DNA from: Cycas panzhihuaensis
Taxonomy: Eukaryota > Plantae > Cycadophyta
Direction: 5' to 3'
DNA length: 64,000 bases
Assembly (NCBI GenBank): GCA_023213395.1
Contig: CM041465.1
Coordinates: 69,137,741-69,201,740 of the forward strand
This document shows positions 39,133 through 51,409 of the stretch, in pieces (position 1 is the first letter of the stretch; the number at the start of each line of letters is the position of its first letter). Under the pieces are notes generated by a model that saw nothing but the letters and a program-made list of their open reading frames with translations, did not search any database and was not told where the DNA came from. The position numbers were made by a program, and so were the translations under genes.

Positions 39133-39699
39133 CTTTGGGCAGCCTATATATATTTTTCTTTCCCTTATCGATAGTTCTATATAATCTCTTGTTGCATGGA
39201 CTTCAAGTTAAGAAGTCAATGGTCCACTATGACTTTTATGTGATTTGCTTTTATCTTCATGGTGGCTAGACTTATGGAATTAACAAAATCAAAACCTCAT
39301 TTTATAAAAGTAGCAACTTCTATAATACAAATGTGGATGAAATACTTTTCCTAATTGGACCATCTATTGGCATATCATACTTTTAGGATCATTAGTGTGA
39401 TATTGGGCCACCTAAGTCCTAATTCAAAGAATTTCTATGATAGCTTTAATTATTACATGTCATCCTAAAATTCTTTTATAGGTTGCTTGGAGAACCAATG
39501 GTCTTTTTAGTTCTTAAATGCATCTTCTTAAGACCAAATCAGGTCCAAGTTACTACAACTATCTTGTAATTAATTGATACCTTGTATTCTTTGTTGCATA
39601 TATATATATTCCTTTGGGCAACCGACCATTTAGTATTAATCTAGTTTCTAGAAAATTTATTATTGCTTGCAAATCCTTTAGGTTAAGGTCAACTCTATC

Positions 39700-40450
39700 T
39701 TATTTTGTATTTGAAAGTAACCCAAGGGTGATATTTGAAAGGACCATATCATCTAAGGCATGCTATTGGGTCGTCAATTGATCCTTTCTTAGGTTGTGCA
39801 AAAACTATTCCAATGGCTATTGTTGAGGCATCAAGGGGAACATGGAAATTTTTTTATGAATCCAAAATTTTCAAAATTACGGTACTACTACTACTTCAAG
39901 GCATTAAAACATGCTTAACATTTAGTTGACCAAATGAATGATGTATCTTTCTAAGTGATTTCTCCAAGGGTATAATGATATTTACATATTTACTAATAAA
40001 TTTTCTATGAAATCGCAGATGACCTGAGAATTGTTTGATTATGACTAGGTTCATTGGAGGATTTAGACTCAATATCACTTGAATTTTTATGGAGACTATC
40101 AAAAGTCTCATTCCAAACAATATGCTTTAGTAATGTTCTAAAAGATAATAACAATTGACATTTATTAACATTTAGCGAGAAACCCATACCTCATGGTATT
40201 TTTGAAACATCAATTATAGGTTTACCAAATGCTCCTAAGGAAGTCCAAATAATTTCCAATCCTTTAGGTACACTTGTATAAATTCATGGATAAAATATTC
40301 AAAAGCTAAAGTAATGATCATTGAGGACATCATTGAGATATTGCATTGCTCGAATGGCATAGCCTTATAAGCACATGATCTTTATTATGTGATAAATGTG
40401 CTCTACTATATTTACTAGCACTTACTCCATAAATGACAAGAAACGAGTCA
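39700..40450 (-). pseudogene. Very decayed Ty3/gypsy RT/RNase H remnant
   Basis: SLNVNKCQLLLSFRTLLKHIV and FSGHLRFHRKFI...PLEKSL parallel the RT of F; PBS-like GCTCTGAT-CCA at 40743-40753. Confidence 0.6.
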
Positions 40451-41528
40451 TTTATTGTGACCTTACTCAATGTACAAAAATTAATGCTTATCTATAATTG
40501 TTTAGTTTTATTCTTTTGCAATCACAATTGCACTTGTCCATTCACATCATTTTAACTAAGTAGAGACAACTTGCCTTAGCTAATTCTTCAAATTTTAAAA
40601 TAACCTCTTTCGATAATTTTTTAGATATGTATTTGTTTGATGTTATAAGAATCTAAAAAGAGTGTTAGAACATGTTGAAGTAATGAAATTTGAATTAGAA
40701 AAAGGAATAGAAACAATTCTTCAATTTTTAAGAATATTTCAAGCTCTGATCCATCTATGACATTCGATCTCATTTGCCTTTTTTTGTTTTTGTTCTAAGA
40801 ACTGGCATTTTAATACCCTGGTGTTCAATAGAGAACCAGCATTGTATTAGGGTTATTGGTCCTAACCTCGCTCAAATTGGCTTCCTGTTATTATGGCATT
40901 AGGGTCTAAAGCAAATCCTCATTAGTAGCAACACCTAAAATGGCTCCTCAAGCTTGGTCTCATTGCCTTTCTCGATCATCGTTGAATCATTGACTTGTTT
41001 CACACTTCTGGGAATCTATAGAGCATTCCCTTAGAGACCAGGTGTCTAAAAATGTAAGCTACCTACAACAAGAGAAAATGTAAGCACTCAATGAGGGAGG
41101 AAAACACATAGGATTATGATTGTTAGTTTTTTACTCTATTCATATTTTTTGGGATTCCATATCTTTCTGGCATTTTCATGGTGAGTGTAGATATTCGTAG
41201 ACTAGATGTACTGAAGTTTATAGTAGCAATATTTTAGTTCTTTAGACATTGATAATCAAGACTATCTTTACCTCTCATATAGTTTTAGATTCTTCCATTA
41301 TCCTCAAAGATGGTTCAAATGACTTGTAGGTTGCATGTTTCCGATATCTAAATATTTGAGTAGAGATTTTATGGTGGATAGCTCCTCCTATTCTAGAATT
41401 TTGTGCTAATGTTATTCTACTTTATTAAGAGATGATGGTACCTAGTTGTTGATTTCATCCACACTTTTGGTAATTTTAGATCTTTTTGGCATTCTTATGG
41501 CTAGTGTGAATATTTAGAGCTTTCACAT

Positions 41529-41890
41529 TATTGGAGTATCCTAGCCCTCTCTTAGGTGTTTCTAAATGCGACTCTCTAATTCATGGGTAGGTGGACGTGG
41601 ACTTATTCCTGGGCCTTCTTAAGGCAGTAGCTCCCTCTCCACTAAAACCTCAAGGTTTTGGTGTGATGGTGAATGCTAAGTGGTATTAGAGCGGGGGTCC
41701 ATGGTTCGAGTCACTTTGAGTTTGGTTTGTAGGTAGGTGTTGGAGTATCCTAGCCCCCTCCTAGATGTTTCTAAACTCGACTCTCTGATTCATGGGTGGG
41801 TGGATGCAGACTTATTCCTAGGCCTTCTTAAGGCAGTGGCTCCTTCTCCACTAACACCTCAAGGTTTTGGTGTGATGGTAAATGCTAAGA
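41529..41890 (+). mobile_element. TRIM (terminal-repeat retrotransposon in miniature), 362 bp
   Basis: Terminal repeats 41529-41680 and 41738-41890; 57-bp interior with PBS TGGTATTAGAGC and purine tract AGGTAGG; TSD CACAT/CACGT (one transition). Confidence 0.92.
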
Positions 41891-42352
41891 CACGTAATAA
41901 AGTCTTTTGCAATTCTTCAACTTTGGTACAAATATTTTAGTACTTCAAATGGTGATAATTAATTTTTAGTTTTAGCTACCCCTCCACTTCTATGAGCTAT
42001 ATATGATTTCAGTATTTATTGGACAACGCTCAAGTGATCTAAAGAAGGCATGCTTCAATTTTTCAGAGTATTAGATTTTTCTAGTCATTTTAGAGCTTTG
42101 GTCCTTCCAACGTTTTAGGGATTTTTAGAGATTTTCAAAGATTTTAGAGTGGATATTTTCGATCTTTGACTTGTTACAAATTTCAATGCTGAGGAGGCAT
42201 GATGTAGATAATTGTATATGATTTATCCCTACTTTCTCAATTATTCCCATTTTCTCAATTATGTGAATGTACTTATAAGCTTTTATACTATTTCAATGCA
42301 ATCCCCTAGGTATTTATACCTATGGATGACATGTTCTATTTGTTTTGAGGAT

Positions 42353-42753
42353 GATATTTTAAGCTGAGGTTGGCCCTAAGGATAATTTAACTAAAGTTGA
42401 CTTTTATTAATCTGTAATTAGTATTGCAATCTTCAAGTTGGCATAACTTCCTCATACGGTGTTCGTTTGGGGGCTATAATTACTAGTTTCAAAAGCAATG
42501 AGAAGATCCACATTATGATCCATAGTTTATAAGATGCTTCCAATTATTGCAAGGCCATAATTATAAAGCATATATTTATAAATATTCTTTGATCTATTAA
42601 GATGAATAATTACATAATAATTCTTCCCCTTTTTAAAAAACTTCACCCTCAAAGTAGTTTGCCATGCATCACCTATGAAATATGTGAGAGGTACATACAT
42701 TTTGAATCCACCACCTATTAAGGACAAGATATCATAGAATCTTAAGCTATCTA
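42353..42753 (+). repeat. About 400-bp diverged direct repeat, copy 1
   Basis: Aligns along its length with 43722-44122 (roughly 75-80% by eye). Confidence 0.85.
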
Positions 42754-43721
42754 TTGGTAATTTATTGTTTCCTAATGACCAATTGTCTTAAATAAATTTT
42801 GCATGTATAAATGTTTATCAAATTCATAAAATGGCATCTTCTTGTGATTATGTCCTCCTATATCTTTGGCGTGAATTCATGATCGTTTATTGTCATTGCC
42901 ATTCATTGTATTTGTTCATAGTACAAATGGGTATGTATGATGAAAAAGAGTGCTAAGGATGCATGAAGACAAGTGGATAGATATGAGTATGGAAAAAATA
43001 GTGAAGAGAAAACCATTACATCAATTAGGGCACTCCATAGTGAGTTGAATCTCCTATTAAGTAATTATAATATTAACATGTAATTTTATAATACATGATT
43101 TTAAATTAGAATTTCATCACCTAGCTTTGGTTTACATGTTTTCGATGCATTATTAAAAAATATAGGGCATCTCTTATGTTTATCCAGTAGGCCATCATAT
43201 TGCAAGAAGATTACACTTGGGTAGCTTACTAGATCATATATTAATCTATTTTAAAGGCCCGATTCTACATGTCACTCATTATTTTTTTGACATTGTCACC
43301 TCTTGTGGTAGATCCTACAAGGTTGCTCGATAATTTTAATAGTAGATAACAATAAAGATATCTGACTATTATTAAATATTAAGAGTTTGAAGCAAAAGAG
43401 TCCTAATAACTACGTTAAATTATATTGAAAAGAAAAATATTGACATGATAGAAAATGTGGCAATACACAAGGAAATGAAATAACAACAAATATGAGAACA
43501 TTATAATAAAATAAAATATCATTTAATAATTGAACTTTTTGTAAGATAATATGAAAAATTTTCTATAAAAGTTTGCCCTTCTTCAAGGTAAGGGGGCCTC
43601 CTGAAATAAAGTTTGTTTCTAACAAAGTAAAGAAATCTAAAAATTTTAAGAGCTTGACTTTCTAAATAACCCAACCACTCTTTATATATGATTGTGCCTC
43701 CAATTCCCACTAAAATATTGA

Positions 43722-44122
43722 GATATTTTAAGCTAGGGCTAACCCTAAGAATAATTTAATTAAACTTGACTTTCAATAATATGTAACTAGTATGGCAATC
43801 TTCAAGTGAGCATAGCTTCCTTATATAGTGTCTATTTGGGACCCATGACCACTAGTTTCAAAGATAATGAGAAGATTTATATTATGATCCATATTTTATA
43901 AGATGATTCCAATTATTCTAAGCCCATAATTATAAAATATGCATGTATAAATATTCTTTGGTTTATTAAGAGGGACAATTACATAATGATTCCTCTTATT
44001 TTTCAAAAACTTCATCCTTAAAGTAAATTTTCATGCATCACCCATGAAATATAGGAGATATACATACATTTTGAATCCACCACTTATTAAGGACACGATA
44101 TCATCGGAGCTCAAGCCATCTA
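43722..44122 (+). repeat. About 400-bp diverged direct repeat, copy 2
   Basis: Aligns with 42353-42753; homology stops at TGTT, 44123. Confidence 0.85.
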
Positions 44123-45020
44123 TGTTATCTTCACAAAGTAACACATGGATTTTCGGGGCCATAGGTTATGAGTCCTTTTTGCTTGAGTTCATGTATCTTA
44201 TTCTCATATTGTGTCCATGGGAATTTAGTATTAAAAAAGGGAACTCACTTGGAAATGGAGAATAGTGAATAAGTGGTAAAAATTAGGAAATATGATCATG
44301 GTCTTATAAATATGAATGATGTTGATTATTATGATAAGAGTCATGTGGACAAGAAGTTTAGAAAGGGACACAAATATAGATAGGGTGTAGAGGCTTATAA
44401 AGAGATGATAGGTGTAGAGGGAAGGACGTATGTTAAGAGAGTGATTTGGAGGTAAGAAGAATAGGTGTTTTAAAAAAAAAAAGGGATAAGAGACTATGTA
44501 GGAGGTTTAATAAGAAAAATATGAGAGAGAATACATTAAGAAAATGATAGATGTTTAATATAGGGGAAGATATTGTAACAAGGATATGCAAGAGCCAAAA
44601 GTTTATGGGAGGTTAACATGAGATGAAAGAGGTTAGGAAAGAGAGGGGAATATATGGGAGATGAAAATTGAAATAAGATTGATAGGGGACATAATAAGTG
44701 ATTTATGGAGATAACACAATATATGTTTAATAAATGAAATAATATAAAAAAATTAACAATGTAGGTAAATAATAAATGAAAAAATATGTACAAATATATA
44801 ACATAATAAACTTATAGGAAATGATCACTTTTAATTATATTATGTTAAACTAATATATATGTATAGTACATAACTACCTAGTTGTCCAATCACACTTCAG
44901 GACCCACCGAGTCAACTAATAACTAATTACATAAAGAAGTGTGTGTACTATGACCCCTTAATGCACATCAAAGCGGTAATCATAATAATTTAATATTTAT
45001 GGGTTAAATATTATCCAACA
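44123..45020 (-). repeat. Possible LTR of another decayed element
   Basis: TGTT...CCAACA ends, followed by reverse PPT-like TTCGTCCCTTAAT; partner LTR not found. Confidence 0.4.
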
Positions 45021-46625
45021 TTCGTCCCTTAATATTTAATTCATGTCATGTAATTGCTTCAAATGTGAAGTTGGATCCATATAAAACCTAAATATTTATT
45101 GAAGCACGTGGGCATCTAATTGCTATACCCACTAGTCCTTTAAAATGGCCTTCCTGTAAATGGTTCACCAATATTTGACTATCAAGCAGCCTTCACCTAC
45201 TCTTGTTTCACCTATTTTTGGCTCTGCTAGTTGAGATCGCACCTCTAAGAGAAAAACCAAGCTAAAAACCCTAAGTTTCATTCACTACATCATGAAATAA
45301 ACATGCAAAATGGTTATTCGAGCATAAACATATGACATAACACCTTTTTTAAAATTGCAAGTTCTATTTTAACACCCTATCAAATCAATGTCTAAACTTC
45401 ACACCATTAAAACTACCTTAAAAAATCTTTAAAGCATATCATGTGGCCACTTGTTAGAAAGCCTCATAAGTTAGCTTCATAATGCAACTAATGACACTTA
45501 ATTTTGATACTATATAAGAAAGATATAGCCATTTTACTAAGTAGAGATCCTTGAAAAATGAGAAAAGATGAAAAATAAGCATGTAGTCCCTTTCAATTTG
45601 GCTCCCAATCACCTATACAACCTCTCAAAGGTATTAGGGATATTTCAAAACGCATAAAAAATAAATTAATGTTACATTATCAGGTTTAGAAACTTTACAA
45701 TATGAAAATTTTAAAATTTTTATTGCCATATTATCTTATGGCATGCATGTGACCTTACAAAGATAAAATCAATGTTTAATCATGATTTCTTCACCAATTT
45801 CACTTACATAAACTCCAAAAAAGTAAATTTTGATGTTATAGATATAATGACAACCTTAGATTTGGCTAAAGAAGTTTTACAGAGAAGAAAATTATAGTTG
45901 AATATACCTAACTTTTACAAAATCTACCCAACACTACAAAGAGGCCGCCTAATCTGTATTTTCTATATTAATTCAATTTTGTCAATTGCTAACATAATGA
46001 TTCATCATCTATAATTATTTTTAGAGGCAAACATCAGTAAAACATAGGAGAAAATGGTTAGATTTATCATCATAACCATATAAACCCTCGTTATTTCATT
46101 GGCATGATGTTATAACTCTTGCAACAACCTGCAATCTATATATATATATATATCTCAAATCTCATAGATTTCCACCATAAATCCCATCTATTTTTGTTTT
46201 GGTTAAAAAACAAGGAGTGCACAATAATTAACATGAGATCTATTTGGCCACGTAGCTTCTCACCATTAAACAACAATAACATATAACAATATAGGTGCCA
46301 AAGCAAGTTTTGATGAATGATCATGGTAAACACCATTTGTACCATCCATAATGGCTTGCTATGAAGGCCTCGATCATCTTAATCTTATAATCTCAACCTT
46401 TTGTTGATGGGGTGATCCACCAACAAACCCCAACAAACTTAAACTTCTTATTCCACTCTCATAGTTAGATGATAATTTCTTATAAAATATAGGTTCTTTC
46501 AATTAACAAGCTCTGCATCTCACAACTCCACTATCAAGAAATAATCCTCTAAGGTGTGATAGACAAAGATTTTCCAAAGATCAAATAGTCAGATTTCATG
46601 TTAAAACCTCCCTTCCAAAATATTA

Positions 46626-47258
46626 TGTTAAGAATAGAAGGTCCAACCCTCTAACAGCCACCAAGATCTATTACTTTCTTATAACTAGTTACAGAAATGA
46701 AACATACAAATTACATGCAAGTTCTTAAAACCAGAGATTATACAGTAACAAGATAATGAAAGCCAAACATCACATATGCACCCGATATAACGTGGTAAAA
46801 CCCTAGCAGTGTGCTAGGGAAACATCCACATAGGAAAGATAGTGATCTTTATTACTACAGAATGGAGAAAATAGTACATCACAGATACAGAGTGCTCTCT
46901 GGAACAACAATCAGTCGCCGCCCTCTTCACAGTACATGGCATAACATTACAACATCATAAGAAAAGCCCTAAAACGGGCTACATGAGAGGACATCCAAGA
47001 CCTAAAATCTCAATCGTAGAATCTAGGGTATTTTCATTGTACGACCCTGATTCTCTTTACACTTTAATAAGGTTTACATGGTCAATTTTTCGGGTCAAGG
47101 GCTATCGCCCTCGAACCCCCTCCTAGTGGGGGGCGTTCCACGCCCAAGACTCGGCCAAGGGGGCTCACTTGGAACCCCCCGAGAAAGATTAGGGGGGGAA
47201 ACCACGCCAAAAATAGGCCATAATTTTAGGCCTATAATTGTTGTCACAATACCCAACA
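46626..47258 (-). mobile_element. Solo LTR (633 bp, copia-type)
   Basis: TGTT...AACA ends; TSD TATTA/CATTA (one transition); no PBS or PPT flanks; GTGG...CCCTAGCA-GTG-TGCTAGGG...CCAC hairpin. Confidence 0.7.
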
Positions 47259-47783
47259 CATTAGCGCTTCGAAACAAGGGGGTGGAAAATGAAGATAATC
47301 AAATAAGGACTTATTCACCAGGGTATTACAAGGTTTTACTCCTAATTTTATTAAGGATAGAGACCATTTCTACCACCATATCCAACACTAATAAGAGTTT
47401 TGTCATATCTTGTTGAATCTGTGGAGGACTTCAATTAGGTCTCTACATTCACTCATGCTAAAGACTCCAAATTACTATCTTTGTACATGAATTTCTTAAA
47501 TTTTGGGTCCAAATTATTCTCTAAGATGACATTCTTAGGGGCCAAAATGGTGATATTATTACTGCTTAAAATCTCTTTTAATGCTTTAAAGAGTAAGGCC
47601 TTCTTAACCAACTCTGTTAGTTCTAAATAATGTAAATCATATAGTGTATATATTCTTACTATCTTCATCATTACCAAAGCTAGTCACCATATCTAAGAAA
47701 ATGAAATTTCCTAATAGATATAAATAAAATAAATAATCTATAGAATTTATTTTAGTAATTCAATGGAATCCATCCTAGAACAT

Positions 47784-48158
47784 TGTGTGCTTCTACTTAT
47801 CGACACACATAAGTAGGCATAAGAGCAATAATAGTACAAAGTCATTCACTCAAGCATTCAAAAGACAACGATTGTATGAGGCCAAAAACCATATTCATTC
47901 CATTATGATGGGTTGCTTTGGTCTTCTCACAACCAGAGACAACCTAGAACAATACACACTGTAACTAGAATAATTATAGCAAGTATGAATGTACAAGTAA
48001 ACTATATTTTATACATCAGTAGAAAAAAATCCTCTCCACACCCGAATGCCGTTTTATATTTATATTTTTATCTTTTGTAACTGCCACTTGAGTTGGTTGC
48101 AACCACTCTTTAATAATTTAATTATATTAATCAAGTTACAATTAATTTGATCGTCCAC
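47784..48158 (-). repeat. 3' LTR of E (inner end approximate)
   Basis: Boundaries inferred from similarity to F LTR and its flank. Confidence 0.6.
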
Positions 48159-48279
48159 CTCTCCCGCCACAAAAAATTTAAGTGTTTCTACTCGTAAGTA
48201 ACAAAATTTCATAATTAAACAATACATTATAGGAAAAAAAGAGATTAGCATTCTTGGTCCTTTCTGATCTTTTCCATCT

Positions 48280-49954
48280 CCATGCAAATCTGCTGTGGAT
48301 AAGGCTAATAATTTGTACAATGTAAATTTATGCCTAGCTTTTTGTAGTGATCATAAATGACGATTACATTGCGTAATACTTATAAATGGGCCATTGTTGG
48401 CTTTTCTCCTAAGTGCAACTATTTGATTTTCTCTTTTAGTTCACTCCTCCTTATCTCCATAGACAATAAATCTCTTTACAAGAAGGTAATTATCAACAAA
48501 AAATGATTGGCATATTCAATGTCTTCCTACATCTGCATTATCTAGGCTCCCAGTTTACGAATTACCTTCTCCAATCCTTATGGTATTTACTCACTAAATA
48601 ATGCCTCAAAAGCTGGCACCAAATGCTTTACTTAAGAAGTGTCCCCAACCCAATGCAAAATAAACTTAGTCAAAAATTCTAATCCAACTAATCCTCTGCC
48701 TTTTGAATCCTCTACAAGTCGGGTGATGGCCTTTTGCTCCGAGCTTTAAGCTCATTAACCAATTACTGAATGATTTTAGCTAGGAATGAAATCTTCTAAT
48801 GTGCTACATTATGTGGCTAGCACTCCATTAGATCAATCCCTTCCTCAGTCAATTCTTCATCATTGTAATTAAAGTCCACCTCAGTTGGCTAACTATTTAG
48901 AATTTCTATAATTTCCTACTTGGTTTTCTCCACGGTAGTTCTTCTTTTGTTCTTCTTTCCTCTTCAGTATTTATAAATTTCTCAGGTTGCAAGGTTGGTT
49001 AGAGCTTTTCCTCTTCTGCTTCCTTCTTTACCAATACATCACCTACCTTCTGCTTCTCTCTTTTAATTTCCTCCTTTTTATAGTTTTCCTCTTTGGTTTT
49101 TTGTTCATCATTCTCTCTCTGCTTATCGGCTAGCAAGGTCACCTCTTCCCATTGCCATTTTCCTTTTCTTCCTTCTTCTAATGTCGGTTGAAGGCTGTTG
49201 GCTTGGCCTTTTCTTAAAAATAATCCTTTACTTTATCTTAAATCTTATTGCGCCAAAATTTTCCTCATCTTCTGAAGTAATTGATCTATCTAATTATAAT
49301 TGACTGTTTTAATTTTGCTACAAGTAGTTCTAAATTAAGACATTGTGAGTATAACAATCCTTGGAATAACCTTTGATGATAAAAGACTGTCGACTATGGT
49401 CTTACTTTGATATTATATAATTTTTTTGCAAACTTGCTTGAAAGAAACAAAGCCCAGTTAAACTTATCTCCCTTTTCCACCTGTAAAAGTGTTGATCTCA
49501 TCTCTGTAAGTACATACAAAATTTTCTAGCTTAATATTACTCGAGTAAAAAGAAAATAAGCTACCCAACACTTAAGGTCATTTACAACACCGATGATACA
49601 TATATCAAATATAAAGACATTTGATATTTGCGTACCTAGCTATTTCGCCGCTTGCTCATATGGGATTCTTTTATCCTTAAGCACCTCTTCATCGGAATTA
49701 GGTGACCCTGAAACATGTGCAATAGCCTTCGCTGAAATATCTAGAAGATACAATTAGTGTGCTACCAGTTGAATCATTGCTGGCATAAACTCTATGACCA
49801 TCGGAATTAACATGGTTTATACATATGATGTAAATCCAACCTTTGTCAAATTCACTTTTCTCTCATCCTCCTTAGGCATATTACACCAAGAAATCCTAAT
49901 TCCTTCATCATCTACCTCTTAGAGATTAATTTGAATATCTTCAGTAGTCTTCAT
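48280..49954 (-). pseudogene. E extra 3' ORF, decayed homologue of F 57153-58769 (3' end approximate)
   Basis: Manual translation: EVDDEGIRISW...DISAKAIAHVSGSP...KFNWALFL...FQGLLYSQC...EIIEILNS*PTEVDFN...GIDLMEC...FLAKIIQ*LVNELKAR, collinear with the F ORF. Confidence 0.8.
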
Positions 49955-50399
49955 CCTGATCTTTATAATTACTTCCAAAGTTTCTTGGTTTCTTCCTTCA
50001 ACCTTGTTGCCCTATACCTTGTCAACTATGTAAAACCACTATGATTTCAAATTATGGTTTCAATGACTAAGTTGCAACCTTAACATACCATCTTTTCTCT
50101 CCTCCTATGCATGACAACCACTTATTTACTCTTTGAATCATCTCAGTTCATGCGTCAATCAAATTGCCAATGATTTTCTTCGAACTACCACCGCCATCAT
50201 TGACCATTTATACCACACTTTATTTTTGCTTTTTGCTAATTTAACTATTTCTTTATTGATGTAATCGTCTTCCATTTTGCATAACTTTTTGTAACAATCC
50301 TTTGTTATTTTAATTACGCTTGGTGCTATTCTTGGTTATGCCTTTTTATAATCTTTTTCCTTGATTACATCTAGTTATAATTTTTCCTCTTCAATTTAT

Positions 50400-51330
50400 T
50401 CTTGGTTACATTCTTTTATTCTTCCTACTTCTAGTCCTTAACTTCTTCTAATTGTTCTTGGTTACAATTCTTAACTTCTTTTGATTGTGCCCAGTTGCAA
50501 TCCTTAAAATCCTCGTATCTTTTACTCTTCTGGTTGCAATCCTTTCACTTCCACATTCTATGTTATAACTGTTTTACTCCCTTAATTGCAACTTTCTGTA
50601 TCTTGGATTAAAATCATTTTACTTCTATGTCTAGGTTGCAATAGCTTACTTCCTAGGTTACAACCTTCTATATCTGAGTTGTAACCCCTTTGGTTTTTCA
50701 GTTGCAACCTTCTGTATTACAGGTTATAACCTCTTTACTTCTCTGGTTACAACCTTTTATGTCCCAAGTTGTAACCATTTTGCTTCCTAAGTTGTAACTT
50801 TCTATATCCTAGGTTGTAATCGCTTCACTGGTTGCAACCTTTTATGTCTGAGTTACAATTGCTTCACTTCCTTGGTTGTAACTTTTTACGTTTGAGTTGC
50901 AATTGCTTCACCTCTTTGGTTGTAACCGTTTACGTCTGAGTTACACCTCCTTCATTGCAACATTTTACATTTGAGTTGCAACTATTTCACCTCCTTGGTT
51001 GCAACCTTTTGTATCTGAGTTATAACTGCTTCACTTCCTTGGTTGTAACCTTCTATGTCCAAGTTGCAACTGCTACTTTACTACCTTGGTTGCAACTTTC
51101 TATGTTTAGGTTGTAACTTTTGTGTCTAGGTTGCAACTGTTCTTCATCCTCAATTGCAACCTTCTGCATCCTAGGTTGTAATCGTTTTGTTTCATAGGTT
51201 GTAACCTTTTACATCTCAGGTTGCAATTATTTTATTCTATAGGTTGTAACCTTCTGCATCCTAGGTTACAACCATTTTTCTCTATAGGTTGTAATCTTTT
51301 ATGTCTTATGTTGCAACCCTTTTATATCCT
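50400..51330. repeat. Tandem array of 21-23-bp units with palindromic core GTTGCAAC, alternating as a dimer of about 44-45 bp
   Basis: About 35 cores (GTTGCAAC/GTTGTAAC/GTTACAAC/GTTATAAC) with alternating spacers of type CTTYTRYRTCYNA and YGCTTCACTTCCTTG. Confidence 0.93.
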
Positions 51331-51409
51331 TGATTAATTCTATAATTTGAAATTATTAAGGAAATTCTATTCCCATAGTTTTTATCCTCTTTCTTTTTTT
51401 AAAACTTGT

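Noticed and set aside
41529-41890. Cassandra element or tRNA gene
   Set aside because: No 5S rRNA-like segment in the terminal repeats and no cloverleaf; only a B-box-like decamer.
50400-51330. CRISPR-like array (palindromic repeat plus spacers)
   Set aside because: Core is only 8 bp, spacers are 13-15 bp and related to each other in two alternating classes, there are no cas genes, and the context is a plant retroelement.
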